A stretch of 64,000 nt of DNA from Octopus sinensis (lineage: Eukaryota). The stretch spans positions 58,776,001-58,840,000 of the forward strand of contig NC_043010.1 of assembly GCF_006345805.1 (NCBI RefSeq), in the 5' to 3' direction. Of the stretch, positions 10,544 through 24,390 are shown in pieces (the stretch's first letter is position 1; the number at the start of each line of letters is the position of its first letter). The translations under genes were made by a program, and so were the position numbers. The notes beneath the pieces were generated by a model. It was not told the origin of the DNA and made no database searches. It worked only from the letters and a program-made list of their open reading frames with translations.

Positions 10544-11171
10544 TATATATATAGTAATAAATACATGTATATGTGTATATATATATGTAGTTGCATACAC
10601 GCATAATACCTACATTTAGGTATATCTACACCCATATACACCCCCACCCCTGCAAATCCATCAACATGCAGCCCTCCCCGTTCCCCTCCCACCACCGGCA
10701 GCACCATCTCTCCAGCTGTCTTGCCAAGCAATGACATTGGCATGTAACCTGGGAGTGGTGGGGTATTTATGGATGAGAAGAAACAGGCTTTTGGGGTGGG
10801 GGGGAGAGGAAATTTGAATAGGCAAGGCTATTGGGGTGGGGAACATGAAATAAAAAAATTAATACACACGAATATATAAGCATTATAAGTCTATATTTTT
10901 CTCATGAAGTATATATATATATAATGTGTGTGTGTGTGTGTGCATATGTATTCTTGTATATATGTGTGTGTATATATATATGTATCTATATATATATATA
11001 TGTGTGTATATATATATTTATTTATATATATATATGTGTGTGTGTGTATAGATAGATAGATATATATGTATATATATTTATATGTGTGTGTATATATATA
11101 TGTAATTGTATATATACACTCATATACACATATACATACATATATAAATGTATATATAATATATATATACA

Positions 11172-11211
<40 letters not shown>

Positions 11212-11286
11212 CTTGAACAATATATGTATGTAAAAAAAATCTGTATTTTTTTCTGATGTATATATGTAAGTATATGTATATATCAG

Positions 11287-11329
<43 letters not shown>

Positions 11330-11334
11330 TATAT

Positions 11335-11377
<43 letters not shown>

Positions 11378-11760
11378 TATATATATATACACACATGCAT
11401 ACATACTCATGCACACGTATATAACATTTTTTCATATAAAATATGTACATATAATATACATAAGCATATATATATATGTGTGTGTGTTTATATATATACA
11501 CATATATAGATACATATATACACACACACATATAATATATATATATATATAATATATATATATATAAATACATATATATATATACATACATACATATATA
11601 TATATATATACATACACATATATATATACACATACATATATATATATATACACACACACACACATATATATGTATATAAAGCCTTTTCCATACATGTACA
11701 TATATATATGTATATATGCATATGTATATGTGCATGTGTGTGTCTGCAGGTGTATGTGAT
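9880..11760. repeat. Large (TA)n/(CA)n/(TAGA)n microsatellite field
   Basis: Directly visible. Confidence 0.9.
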
Positions 11761-11967
11761 GGGGATGAAGGAAGAGATCAATACTACACTGACAGAGATA
11801 TGAGGAAATATAACCATGGTGGATGTCTATTATCAATCGATATATCCCCCCACACCCTCCCCCACCGCCGTCACATACCCACCTGCCCCCACCACCACCA
11901 CCACCACCCCCATATGTGATATAGTGATGGAGAAAAAGGAAGTGATGGGAGCATCATTTTTTTCTCT

Positions 11968-12002
<35 letters not shown>

Positions 12003-12258
12003 CATGCATATATATATTTTCATTTTTTTATGTCTTCTTATCAACCCCATCTCCAAAATCCCTTCCTTGCACGACCACCGCCACTACCCCCACTTCTACT
12101 CCATCATCATCATCATCCACATCATCAGCATCTTTCTCTCACCTCTTGTCCTCTTGTCAAAGTGTTTTATGCTAGCTGTGCTGTGCCTTGCCTATTCAAT
12201 CACCCCTTAAAAAATATCCTCCCCCCTCCTCCACCTCATCCTTCCTCTCTAGTGCTCC

Positions 12259-14877
12259 TTTCATTTTACCTGTCCCCACTTTTTTCCTTCCTCTCCACTA
12301 TATATATATTTTTTAATGTCTCTGTTCTACTTTTCTTGTGTCTTTCAATCTCCATGTCACTCCTTCTGTCCAAATATGAGTGTACACACACACAACACAC
12401 ACACATACACACGTGTGTGTGTGTATATATGTATATATGCGTATGCATAAATGCACACATGTGTATGTGTATGCATGTATGTATGAACGAAATACTTATA
12501 TATGCATAAATGCACGTTGATGTACTTATGTTCCGTTGTATAAATATATATATGTGTGTGTGCATGTGTGTTTCTGTACGTGTGTATGCACACACACACA
12601 CACACACAAATACATGTATGTGTGTGTATATCACTCACACACAACATATAAGTATTCAACCCTATAAACACACACCATCAACATCATCTTCAGTTTTTTT
12701 TTATAAAGTGTCTTTCCAGTTGATATATTTCAGTTGTGGTGTGAACTGATGGGGGGGTGGGGGCTATGTTATACCCCCACCATTGCCACCCTTAGTTCCC
12801 CCCCCCCCGTCATTCATTTTTTCCCTGCTATTTCCCCATCTTTAAATCCCATCCCCCCGCCTCCCTCCTCCACCCCTACCACATTGAACCTGTATATGGT
12901 TGTTCAACATTCTAGAAATAGCAACTAAATCGCCTTCAAACTACATCCAACTGCCAACAAATATGAAGGACAGATTGGACATTATAATTCTTGACATCCA
13001 AAAAAGAGAGATGGGATGGTCACAGTTGGAGTGTCTAGAGCTAAACAACATGAACAGTAACAGCAACTACATCAGCCATCAATTCAAATCTTGTTTTCTT
13101 TCACAAACTACTCTTGTGTTACTCTATGAGGGTTCATATTAGAAAGAGCAGCCAACTCTCCCTCAATTATAGTGTACTGTCTTAAAAATAGAAGGGCACC
13201 TTGAATGAGGTAGTTCTAGATATATTTTTGTCATAAACAAAACAGAATGTCCATGACTGGAATACCTTTCATCATAGAGTGGCTCAGTGAGGTCTGGCCT
13301 AGGGTTAAACAACAACATCAACAATGACAGCCGTCATCACATCTCATGTCTTATGTTACTCTTAGATGATATTTATATACAGAATGCACCTGTCTGTGAA
13401 TCAAAGTAACATCATTCCACTCACGTTCCAACCATGACCATCCTTCCTGTCAGTTAATTTCCTGCCAATTTATTCAGCCTGTCCATCACTATCTCTCCCC
13501 CTTTACTCCCCCACCCTAATCCATCTTCTGTCACTCTCCTCTCTTTTGTTCACTTTCTTCGTCATATTTCATTTTACCTGTCCCCACTTTTTTCCTTCCT
13601 CTCCACTATATATATATATTTTTTAATGTCTCTGTTCTACTTTTCTTGTGTCTTTCAATCTCCATGTCACTCCTTCTGTCCAAATATGAGTGTACACACA
13701 CACAACACACACACATACACACGTGTGTGTGTGTATATATGTATATATGCGTATGCATAAATGCACACATGTGTATGTGTATGCATGTATGTATGAACGA
13801 AATACTTATATATGCATAAATGCACGTTGATGTACTTATGTTCCGTTGTATAAATATATATATGTGTGTGTGCATGTGTGTTTCTGTACGTGTGTATGCA
13901 CACACACACACACACACAAATACATGTATGTGTGTGTATATCACTCACACACAACATATAAGTATTCAACCCTATAAACACACACCATCAACATCATCTT
14001 CAGTTTTTTTTTATAAAGTGTCTTTCCAGTTGATATATTTCAGTTGTGGTGTGAACTGATGGGGGGGTGGGGGCTATGTTATACCCCCACCATTGCCACC
14101 CTTAGTTCCCCCCCCCCCGTCATTCATTTTTTCCCTGCTATTTCCCCATCTTTAAATCCCATCCCCCCGCCTCCCTCCTCCACCCCTACCACATTGAACC
14201 TGTATATGGTTGTTCAACATTCTAGAAATAGCAACTAAATCGCCTTCAAACTACATCCAACTGCCAACAAATATGAAGGACAGATTGGACATTATAATTC
14301 TTGACATCCAAAAAAGAGAGATGGGATGGTCACAGTTGGAGTGTCTAGAGCTAAACAACATGAACAGTAACAGCAACTACATCAGCCATCAATTCAAATC
14401 TTGTTTTCTTTCACAAACTACTCTTGTGTTACTCTATGAGGGTTCATATTAGAAAGAGCAGCCAACTCTCCCTCAAATTATAGTGTACTGTCTTAAAAAT
14501 AGAAGGGCACCTTGAATGATGTAGTTCTAGATATATTTTTGTCATAAACAAAACAGAATGTCCATGACTGGAATACCTTTCATCATAGAGTGGCTCAGTG
14601 AGGTCTGGCCTAGGGTTAAACAACAACATCAACAATGACAGCCGTCATCACATCTCATGTCTTATGTTACTCTTAGATGATATTTATATACAGAATGCAC
14701 CTGTCTGTGAATCAAAGTAACATCATTCCACTCACGTTCCAACCATGACCATCCTTCCTGTCAGTTAATTTCCTGCCAATTTATTCAGCCTGTCCATCAC
14801 TATCTCTCCCCCTTTACTCCCCCACCCTAATCCATCTTCTGTCACTCTCCTCTCTTTTGTTCACTTTCTTCGTCATA
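12259..14877 (+). repeat. Tandem duplication, about 1310-bp unit x2 (12259-13566, 13567-14877), plus a diverged partial unit from 14878
   Basis: Identical ORF translations at offset 1310; the differences seen are a TA-unit difference, a homopolymer indel and a substitution. Confidence 0.9.
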
Positions 14878-16998
14878 TTTCATTTTACCTGTCCCCACTT
14901 TTTTCCTTCCTCTCCACTATATATATATATTTTTTACTGTTTCTGTTCTACTTTTCTTGTGTCTTTCAATCTCCATGTCACTCCTTCTGTCCAAATAGGA
15001 GCATGTATGCACACACACACACACATGTGTGTGTATATATGTATATCTTGGTCATATTGTCTTGGAGCAACACCACAGCACAAAGCCACGAGGATTCATT
15101 GGTCTAGCTGATGGAGAGCACAATATCACTAGTGCCGGTGCCAGGTGAAGAGTACTCGGCACTCATTGTAAAGTAGTCGATAACAGAAAAGGCATCCAGC
15201 TATCAAAACCAAGTCAAAAATGGAAGATAAGAAAAAGATACAGTTTTTTTTCAATAAATTTTGGGTTTGATATCATCTGTGTATAAGGGTTTGAGAGTGT
15301 GTGTGTGGAAGGAGGTTGTGAAGATGTATGTTAAAAGTGTGGATGAGAGGGTAGACCCTTGTGGTTGATGGTAGACCCTTGTGGTTGAGAATAGACCCTT
15401 GTGATTTTGACCATAGTCATAGCATTGTCACAGATTGTAAATCAGTTTTTAGGGTTTTAAACAGCCACTACATAATTGATTGATCTTCTATAATTAACAA
15501 CCATACCAGATTTATATTTTACATTATTACCACATTTAATAGGGGTCAAATGCCTTGGCTCATTATGACTGGTCCCACCCATGACAGAATGGAAAGTGCA
15601 TATAGAATGATGATGGAGATGGAGGTAATGGTGATGATAATGATGATGATGGTGGTAGTGGTGGTGGTGGTGGTGGTGATGAATCACCCTGGAAGGCAGG
15701 ATGTCATGGCTAGCATGCCTTTAATCATCTGCCTGCCTAATCAGGGCCAACCTTGGATTAAACCCATGTTGGTCTCTTGGAGCATAGAAGAGCATCTAGT
15801 CAGCCTTTAACGATGACTGATCTTTTGCATGGTGACTTTGTTTAAAGTGATGCACATCATCAACCTCACTCTCTCATCCATGACCGTCTTCAATCCAGTG
15901 GCAAGACCAGATTGAGATGACCGCGGATGGAGATGGATGCAGTGGATGACCAAAGATGCCTTACTGCCCCATATTGCTCTCTGCACTCCAAACTGTATGG
16001 CTGCAACTGTCTACTCTTCCATTCAATCATGAAGATTTCTTCCACAGTATCCACTGGATGCAGTCTTCACATACAGACATAGGCAAAGCCCTAATTAACC
16101 CCCGGCTGGGACAGCTGCTACTACACTGAGTCAGAGTATATGTAGGGACAATAGTGACCAAGAGGTGGCTCCCCACTCTTCAAAACCCTGGAACACCTGA
16201 ACAAGGGAGCCTGCTCCTAAGATGGACTTGTCATGGCTGGAATGGTTTGGATCATAAATGGGTTGGGTCAAAGCTGACCTGGGGCCAAGCAACAACTACA
16301 ACATTAACTGACACACAGAGACAGGAGAGGGACAGACAGACAGACAGAGACAGAGTACAATATGTCTACCAGGCTGTCATACTGTACTCCATACAATTGA
16401 TCACTGCATTTTGGAGTACACAGTCTCATCATGAGTACCAAAATGGAGTGGACTTTAGGAAGAGAGTACAAAATATTCACACTGCATGTCTAAATGTACA
16501 ATAAGTCCTTGAATAAGACAGAGGTATGGTGTATTCCTGACAACAGACTAGTTGGATGTTATTCCATCAGACCCACAAATATCCATGTGTCTGCAATAAG
16601 AGTGGCAGTGTCACCTCTAGCTGAACAATTTTTTTGTTTTTTGCAAATGAGGTGTGAGATCACGCATGAGTGTTGGTAGTGATTTCTTCGACATGAGTTC
16701 GAATCATTACACACTGATATTGTATGTTTGTTGTAGATGTCCAAGATTCGTTGAATTGTTTTAATTGTTGAATTTTAGTTACTGTTTTGTTTGCATCTGT
16801 ATATTCTTCGTCTATGAGAGAAGTGGAGAAAGGAAGAGAGAGATGGAGAATAGACAAAGTTACATGGCGGCAACGACCCAAGGAATAAAGGCCAACACCC
16901 TGGAAGTATAGGAAATAGAAATTGATACAAAAAATTGGTAAAAAAAAGAGGGATCCAGACCAAAGCTGACCCCTCCAGAAGAACTGATGAACAGTGTA

Positions 16999-17331
16999 GC
17001 AAAGAGGACGGTAGTACACAGGACATTGTCTATGTCCTTGGACAAGATAGAGGTCGCTCCGACAGAAGAAATAGAGGAATGCCTCGAAAATGTGAAATAA
17101 TCGACCACATTCTATACACGTGGAAGGAAGTATGGCACAGTGGAAGTATGGTTTGGCAATGAAGAAGATGTCATAACCCACTCCACGGACCCACTACGGA
17201 CAACAAAATGGATACTACTTCCAATGTATTGTGGCAAACACGTTGCCAGAGTGAGAGTTGGAAGTGTGCCTCAAGATAACGAGGATCCAAAAGGATATGG
17301 CCTCAAAGTGACCATGCAGATATTGTTTTGA
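16999..17331 (+). mobile_element. Degenerate L1/Tx1-like ORF1 fragment
   Basis: ..FYTRGRKYGTVEVWFGNEED..WILLPMYCGKHVARVRVGSVP.. with an internal stop; resembles the RRM-like region of Tx1/L1 ORF1 proteins (from memory, not searched). Confidence 0.45.
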
Positions 17332-17641
17332 GCTGAGTGAGGGTGCTAGATTCTCTTGTTTGAAAATATAAGGACACAGATCGGGTTGTATAGCCAGCTG
17401 GAGACGATATCTCCTGGGGCTAAATTACAGCAACATTCGTCCTAAACCAGGATTGCCATGTTATGTTGGCAAACAATCTTTACTCCAAAGTACTGTTTTC
17501 TCAATGCTTTTCAACATCTTCCCAGAGAAGAGATAGTCTGGCTTCCATCCCATGACTGTTAGGGGAGCAGAACTCCAGGGGATACCACCAAACTGGAGAG
17601 AGTCTCAGGACGTGATGAAATGGAAATCAGTTCAGAAAGTA

Positions 17642-17853
17642 TTGATTTCAAATTTTGACACAAGGCCAGCAATTTGGGGTTGTGGCTAAGTTGATTATAT
17701 TGACCCCAGGACACAACTGGTCCTTATTTATCAACCCCAAAATGACGAAGGGGAAAGTCAACCTCTGCAGAATTTGAACTTAGAATATAAAGACAGACAA
17801 ATTGCTGCTAAACGTTTTGCCCAGCATGGTGACCAACCAGCCAACTCGCTGCC
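17642..17853 (-). mobile_element. tRNA-derived SINE, family S1
   Basis: Reverse complement of the S1 head, B box and central block. Confidence 0.7.
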
Positions 17854-19259
17854 CATCTAAAACTTGCTTATGGACATTCTAATAGTTCTGCCGACTGACC
17901 GTTATGGCTCGGTTCAGAAAATATCAAAATTCTAAACAACAACCACAAACAAAACAAAGCAATCTCCATCGTACAGAACCTAGAGATAGATCCCTTTATA
18001 CAGTTAGGGTCCTCTTTGAGCAAGATTCAGTCTGGCTTCATTTATCAGGATGAAATTAAATGCCATTGAAACACACTTGCAACAGTAAATTTTCTTTTAT
18101 GGTTTCTTAGCTGTAAATGTCCCTGGTGGGTGTCCAGGGGTGAAAGCTGGATCCTTACAGTCAAAACAGAACATCCAGCTATTGAAATCCCAGGGCTACG
18201 GAAGGTTGCTATCTATCTCATTCATACATCACAAAACAAAAAGCTTTTGTTTTGGCAGCAAAAGACCCAAGATGTCGGTAGTGGGGAAATGGTCCTTCCT
18301 ACAATGAAACACTGAAAGTTTGCAAGGGATCCTGATATGGTTCTCTCTCTATTCTCCAGATCACAAATGAAAGAGGGCACAGAAGAGGTGAACAGAGAAA
18401 AATCTCAGTCTGAATACTGTGGGGCCTTTTGTGTATGAGATAGGACAGAAGTGACGAGTGATTGCTGACTGCCAGAGGATCTGCAATGGGGCCACAGTGA
18501 TTGATACTCATAATAAGATGATGTGATGTATAGGGAGAGAGATAGAGAGAGAGAGAGAGAGAATGATCGCTATAAAGGTAGACAGACACACTCATACTTA
18601 CATAGAAACGCACAAACATATTTTCATATTTTCTGTTTGTATTTCTGCCTTTACCCATGTATCTACATGTCCATGCTAATGCACTCGCACATACACACAT
18701 ACACACACACACAAGGTATCTGTATGAGTGTGTGTGTGAGTTGTAAGTATTTGTAAATAACACATCAGACTGTATAGATTTATGTTTCTATACAGATACC
18801 TTCAGATCTGTATATTTCTTCATACACACACACACACTCACATATATATATACATTAAATGGGTGTGTGTGTGTGTGAGTGCATGTGTCTTCAAACATAT
18901 GTATCTATCTACTTAAAATTGTTGTAGATGTAAGCATGAAACATTATACATACATGCGTGTGTGTGTGCATATATATACACACACACACACATGTTATAT
19001 ATGCATTGACACAAAGACACATATCTTCAGGGAGGTTGGGGGTGGGTAGAGAAGGAAATTGGGAACCGTTGCACTGAAAGAGTTCCTTGTTAACTAGAAA
19101 AGGACAGCATCTCCCCCTAAGGACAGAATAAAAAGACCCCCTTAATCAGAATTCAATTGTTCCCCTAATCTATTCCAATTGAGATTTAGCTGCAATCTTT
19201 TGGAAATCACACACAACTGATCAATAAATTTACTAGCTTCATCTCCCCCCTCTCTCTGC

Positions 19260-19523
19260 TCTCTCTCTCTCTCCTTCTCTCTCTGCTCTTTCTTTCTCTG
19301 CTCTTCCTCTCTCTCTCTCTTTCTCTCTATCTCTCTCTTTCTCCCCCTTTGGATGTACATGTGAATGTCTGTACGTATATATGTATGTATATGTCTACAT
19401 ATGTATATGTATGTATGTATGTGTATATATATATATATTATATATACATACATATTATATAATATATATATGTATATATATACACACATACATATATATA
19501 TATAAATACATACATATGTATAA

Positions 19524-19556
<33 letters not shown>

Positions 19557-19692
19557 GATATATATATATATATGTATATATATACATATGTATATATACA
19601 CACATATATGCACACATATATATGCACACATAACTGTAAGGGTACTTGCATATGTGTGTGTATATATTATATATATACATATATATATATAT

Positions 19693-19744
<52 letters not shown>

Positions 19745-19810
19745 ATATATATATATATATATACACACACACACCACACACACACACACACACCACGCAC
19801 ACACACAGTG
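19260..19810. repeat. (CT)n/(TA)n/(CA)n microsatellite field
   Basis: Directly visible. Confidence 0.9.
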
Positions 19811-20107
19811 TATTGGTGAGAGTCTCATAAGTTCAGTATAGATAACACAGGGTTGTATTGCCGAAACGAATGTGAACTTAAATTCTGACTTCTTCGTTCA
19901 AAGCAAAACTGACACCGTAATGTCATACCTATGAGATTAAGCACATAGCACCTGTAAATTATGGTTGTTACATAACTCTTGGCTTCATGAAACAGCTGTT
20001 TAGATGAAAATATTACATAATTTCTCTCTGTGTTTTTTTATTTTATAATTTGTGTTTTGTGCCATGTGTAAATATATATCAAGCTTATCTGTATTTATTA
20101 ACCTTAC

Positions 20108-20160
<53 letters not shown>

Positions 20161-20385
20161 GTTAATCACTCATTCTCATTTAATTGTTTATATTTTAATT
20201 GTTTGTTTATTCATACGTTTCGTCTTATTCGATACCCTGACCCCAACGTTTGTTTTGTCTGTCCCCGTATTGTCCCCTCTTTTTCTCAACCTTATGGTGA
20301 ATAAAGAATACTCTGTCTCTCACTCTTTCTCACTCTCTCTCTCTCTCCCCTCCTCGATATATATATATGTAATATATATATATAT

Positions 20386-20468
<83 letters not shown>

Positions 20469-20473
20469 ATATA

Positions 20474-20514
<41 letters not shown>

Positions 20515-20716
20515 CATACACACATGTACACACATATATCTATATATGTGTGTATGTATGTAAATGTTTGTATGTGTGTGTGAGTGCAAATGTTTGTTTC
20601 TTGCATGGCCTGTTAGTCACACCAGTTATCTCCCCTTGACTCACTGCTGCTCCCCCCTCCTCTCTACACACCCCCACCTCCACCATCCCTACTAAAATAA
20701 TAAACAAACCAATTAT

Positions 20717-21068
20717 CTTTTATCTTTTGTCTGGGGCACCACCTTGAAGAATTTTTAGTCGAATGAATCGCGACCCCAGGACCTATTTTGTTTAAGTCTG
20801 CTACTTATTCTGTCAGTCACCTTCACCAAACAGCTAAGTTATGGGGGATGTAAACACACCAACACAAGTTGTCAAGCAGTAGTGGGGGACAAACACACAC
20901 AAATATATAGATAATGGGCTTCTTTCAGTTTCCATCTAGCAAATCCACTCTGAAAGGCTTTTTGTCAGCTTGGGGCAACAGTAAAAGACACTTGCCCAAG
21001 ATACCATGCATTGGGATTGAGCCCAGAACCCTGTGGTTGGAAAGCCAGCTTCTTACCACACAGCCACA
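20717..21068 (-). mobile_element. tRNA-derived SINE, family S2
   Basis: Minus strand: GTGGCTGTGTGGTAAGAAGC head, GGCAAGTGTCTT and GAAACTGAAAGAAGCCC blocks, matching copies at 26255, 27435, 40800, 46417 and 53302. Confidence 0.75.
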
Positions 21069-21849
21069 TTGAGTCTCCTGGCTAAATGGTGCTTCCTTTC
21101 CCTCTTTCTCTAACTTTTCACTCTAACATTTTGCTCCTAATCAAACCAGATCCATCCGTGACCATCCCAACTTTTTGAGCTTGAGAAGTTACATTGTCCT
21201 ATGTGTTCTCTATTAAGAATCATCATTAAGATTTAAAGGTGACATGACAGCTATTTCTAACAGGTGAGGCAAGAGTGTGGAGGCTGCGTTACCAGCTCCC
21301 CCATTCCAATTATATTTTCTCAGTGGTGGTCGTAGTAGTTATTTAGTTGTCTTTTTCTACCTCAATGCCTGAACTATGTCCTGGCATGTCCTCTCACACC
21401 TCACACTTCTTGAAGTGAGTTCTAAGCCTTCAGATATAGAGGATTATATAGCTGTATAGGATGTGGAGGGATTAGCAGGACTGGATTTACAGGAGTATTG
21501 TGGAGTACCTGGAGACTGACAGAGTACCTGAGCTTCAGGTATAGAGGATCATGCAGCTGTTAGGACCGTGGAATAGCTGGGCAACTGATGGGGTACCAGG
21601 GTTTCATAAATAAGGGAGAACTTAACATTAGGAATCCATGAAATAAAGGGTTAAGTTACGTCTTTAGAGAACACTACTGATAGGGTTTGTTACCTTGGTG
21701 ACGTAATTAGGGGTATCAGTGAATGCAGCGACAGTCTACTAGGGTAAGAAGAGAGGGGTGGACGTAGTTTAGGAAACTGCTGGCCACCAAGGGGTTTTTC
21801 TCGTTGCAGAAAAGTAGCTTTTATAAAGCAAGTTTAAGAAATGTGGGGA

Positions 21850-22599
21850 TAGAACATAGGGCTGGAAGAAGATGAAGGGAGGGAGTATTGATGGAGAATG
21901 ATGCTGAGGAAATGTGGGGAATATGAAGAGCGCAAGAAATGCAGGAAGTGGGAGAAAAGGGGCAGTTGAAATGGTGGTGTTGTTATTGTGGTTGAATTAG
22001 TATGGCTGAGGCATATAAAGGTTGATAGTGCTTGTTGTTGTTGTTGTTGAAGTGGGGTGGGGTGGGGGCTGGCATAGGGGTGAGGTGGTGGTGTCAGTGA
22101 TGATTGATGATGACAGTAGGGGATAGAATGGATGGTGGTGATAGTAATTGTAGTATCGGTGATAGTACTAGTAGCATGGTTGGTCATAATACCAATCAAT
22201 AGTAGTAGTAGTAGTAGTAGTAGTAGTATCAGCAGCACTAGTAGTAGTAGTAGTAGTATCAGCAGCAGCAGCAGTAGTAGTAGTGGTGGTGGTGGTAGTA
22301 GTAGAAGTAGTAGTAGCAGCAGCAGCAGTAGTAGTAGTTATAGTATTAGCAGTAGTAGTAGGTGGTGGTGATGGTGGCGGCAGCGGTGGTAGTGGTGTTG
22401 GTGGTGGTATTTGTTTCTGCTGTATTACTACTACTACTACTACTAGTGCAGTAGTAGTAGCAGTAGTTTTATTAGTAACTCTGCCCCCCCCCATCTCCAT
22501 CTCCAGGAAGTCATTAATGATGAAGGGGTGGGGGGAGAGGAGGAGGAGGTTTTAGGAGAGATGAAATGATTGAGATGAAGGAAGGACTGTAGTGGCGGC

Positions 22600-22631
<32 letters not shown>

Positions 22632-23466
22632 TGGTGGTGGTGGTGGTATTGGTGGTGGTGGTGGCGGTGGGGGCAACCGTGGCAAGGGGGTCACATCACA
22701 GGAGACTTGCAGTCCTTACAATGGGAATAATAGCCATGCATGCACGCACACATACACACAATAACACAAACGGACACACACACATGTACACACACAAGCT
22801 AAAATATGCACATACATACACATTTCACAATAGTACAAGGACACACACACACACACAGACAGACATGTATATGCACAAACTGAAAGATGCACACACACAC
22901 ACACACACACATATTACACAACAGTACAAGGACACACATGTACACGCACACACACACACACACTCTAGAAAATTTAAATACATTTACACATACACACACT
23001 CACTAAAAGATTCACATACACACATTTAAACATACACAATAGTACAAGGACACATACACACGCATACACACACTTGAGCCCACACATATGCATGCACTCC
23101 TTCGATTCTTGTCAATTTTCCATGCTTGACAAGACACATCCATCCAAACACACACACACACTTTTATAATGCACACACACACACACACACACTTTTATAA
23201 TGCACACACACATACTCTTTCTCTCTCTCTCTCTCTCTTTCTCTTCAGCTGTGTCAATTTTTCAATTGTTGACAAGACACACATATTGATACACACACTC
23301 ACACACACAAATGCACATCCATATTTAACATCCACATTTGCAAACACACACATATTCAAACACACACGTACACACACACCATATTCATCATTATCATCAC
23401 CAACATCACTATCTTTGCTGTCATCATCATCACCATCACTCTTGCTACTACTACTACTACTACTAC

Positions 23467-23511
<45 letters not shown>

Positions 23512-23529
23512 TCACTACTACTGCTGCTG

Positions 23530-23568
<39 letters not shown>

Positions 23569-23720
23569 GTAGTAGTAGTAGTAGTAGTAGCAGTACTATC
23601 ACCACCACCAACACCACCAACACCACCATCACCTCTATGTTTCTATGTAGTAATCTGGTTTTGACAGATCAACAAAATCATAGTTTTCCATCTCTCTCTC
23701 TATCTCTCTATCTATCTATC
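21850..23720. repeat. Mosaic low-complexity region: (AGT/GGT/AGC)n, then (CA)n and (CTA/CCA)n
   Basis: Directly visible. Confidence 0.85.
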
Positions 23721-24076
23721 TCTTGCTCTCTCTCTCTCCCCAGCCACCCTGGCCCACCACTTCAGTTGTTAATCTAGCTGTAGGCAATAGGCCTCACATC
23801 TTGGGGGAAATGACAGGTGTGACAAACTGATGTTCTAGCCCGGAGGAGATATGCCTCACATCCACACAACACTGCCTTCATAACCAATTCCATACTGGCC
23901 TTCAAGAGCACCTATGTCCTCTCTCTCTCTCTCACTCTTTCTCTCTCTCTCTCCCTCTCTGACATGCACACACACACACACACATACATATACACACATG
24001 TACACACACAAACATACACATACTTGCAGACACACAGAGACATATTGACACATCTACACGTGTATGTGCTAAATAA

Positions 24077-24390
24077 CTCTCTCTCTCGCCCTCCATCTCT
24101 TCATCTCTGTCTCTCTCACTCTCTCTCTCCCTCTCTCTCGCCCTCCATCTCTTTATCTCTGTCTCTCTCACTCTCTCTCTCCCTCTCTCTCGCCCTCCAT
24201 CTCTTTATCTCTGTCTCTCTCTCCCTCTCTCTCGCCCTCCATCTCTTTATCTCTATCTCTCTCACTCTCTCCCTCTCTCTCGCCCTCCATCTCTTTATCT
24301 TTGTCTCTCTCTCTCTCTCACTCTCTCTCTCACTCTCTCTCGCCCTCCATCTCTTTATCTCTGTCTCTCTCACTCTCTCTCTCTCTCTTT
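24077..24390 (+). repeat. CT-rich minisatellite, six 42-60 bp units with core CGCCCTCCATCTCTT
   Basis: Core at 24087, 24139, 24191, 24233, 24281 and 24341. Confidence 0.85.

Noticed and set aside
15351-15410. 20-bp unit x3 (GTAGACCCTTGTGGTTGA)
   Set aside because: Short local tandem repeat with no spacers or further structure; not CRISPR-like.
21650-21745. Possible RTE remnant (DRVCYLGDVIR)
   Set aside because: Too short and degenerate to support without a search.
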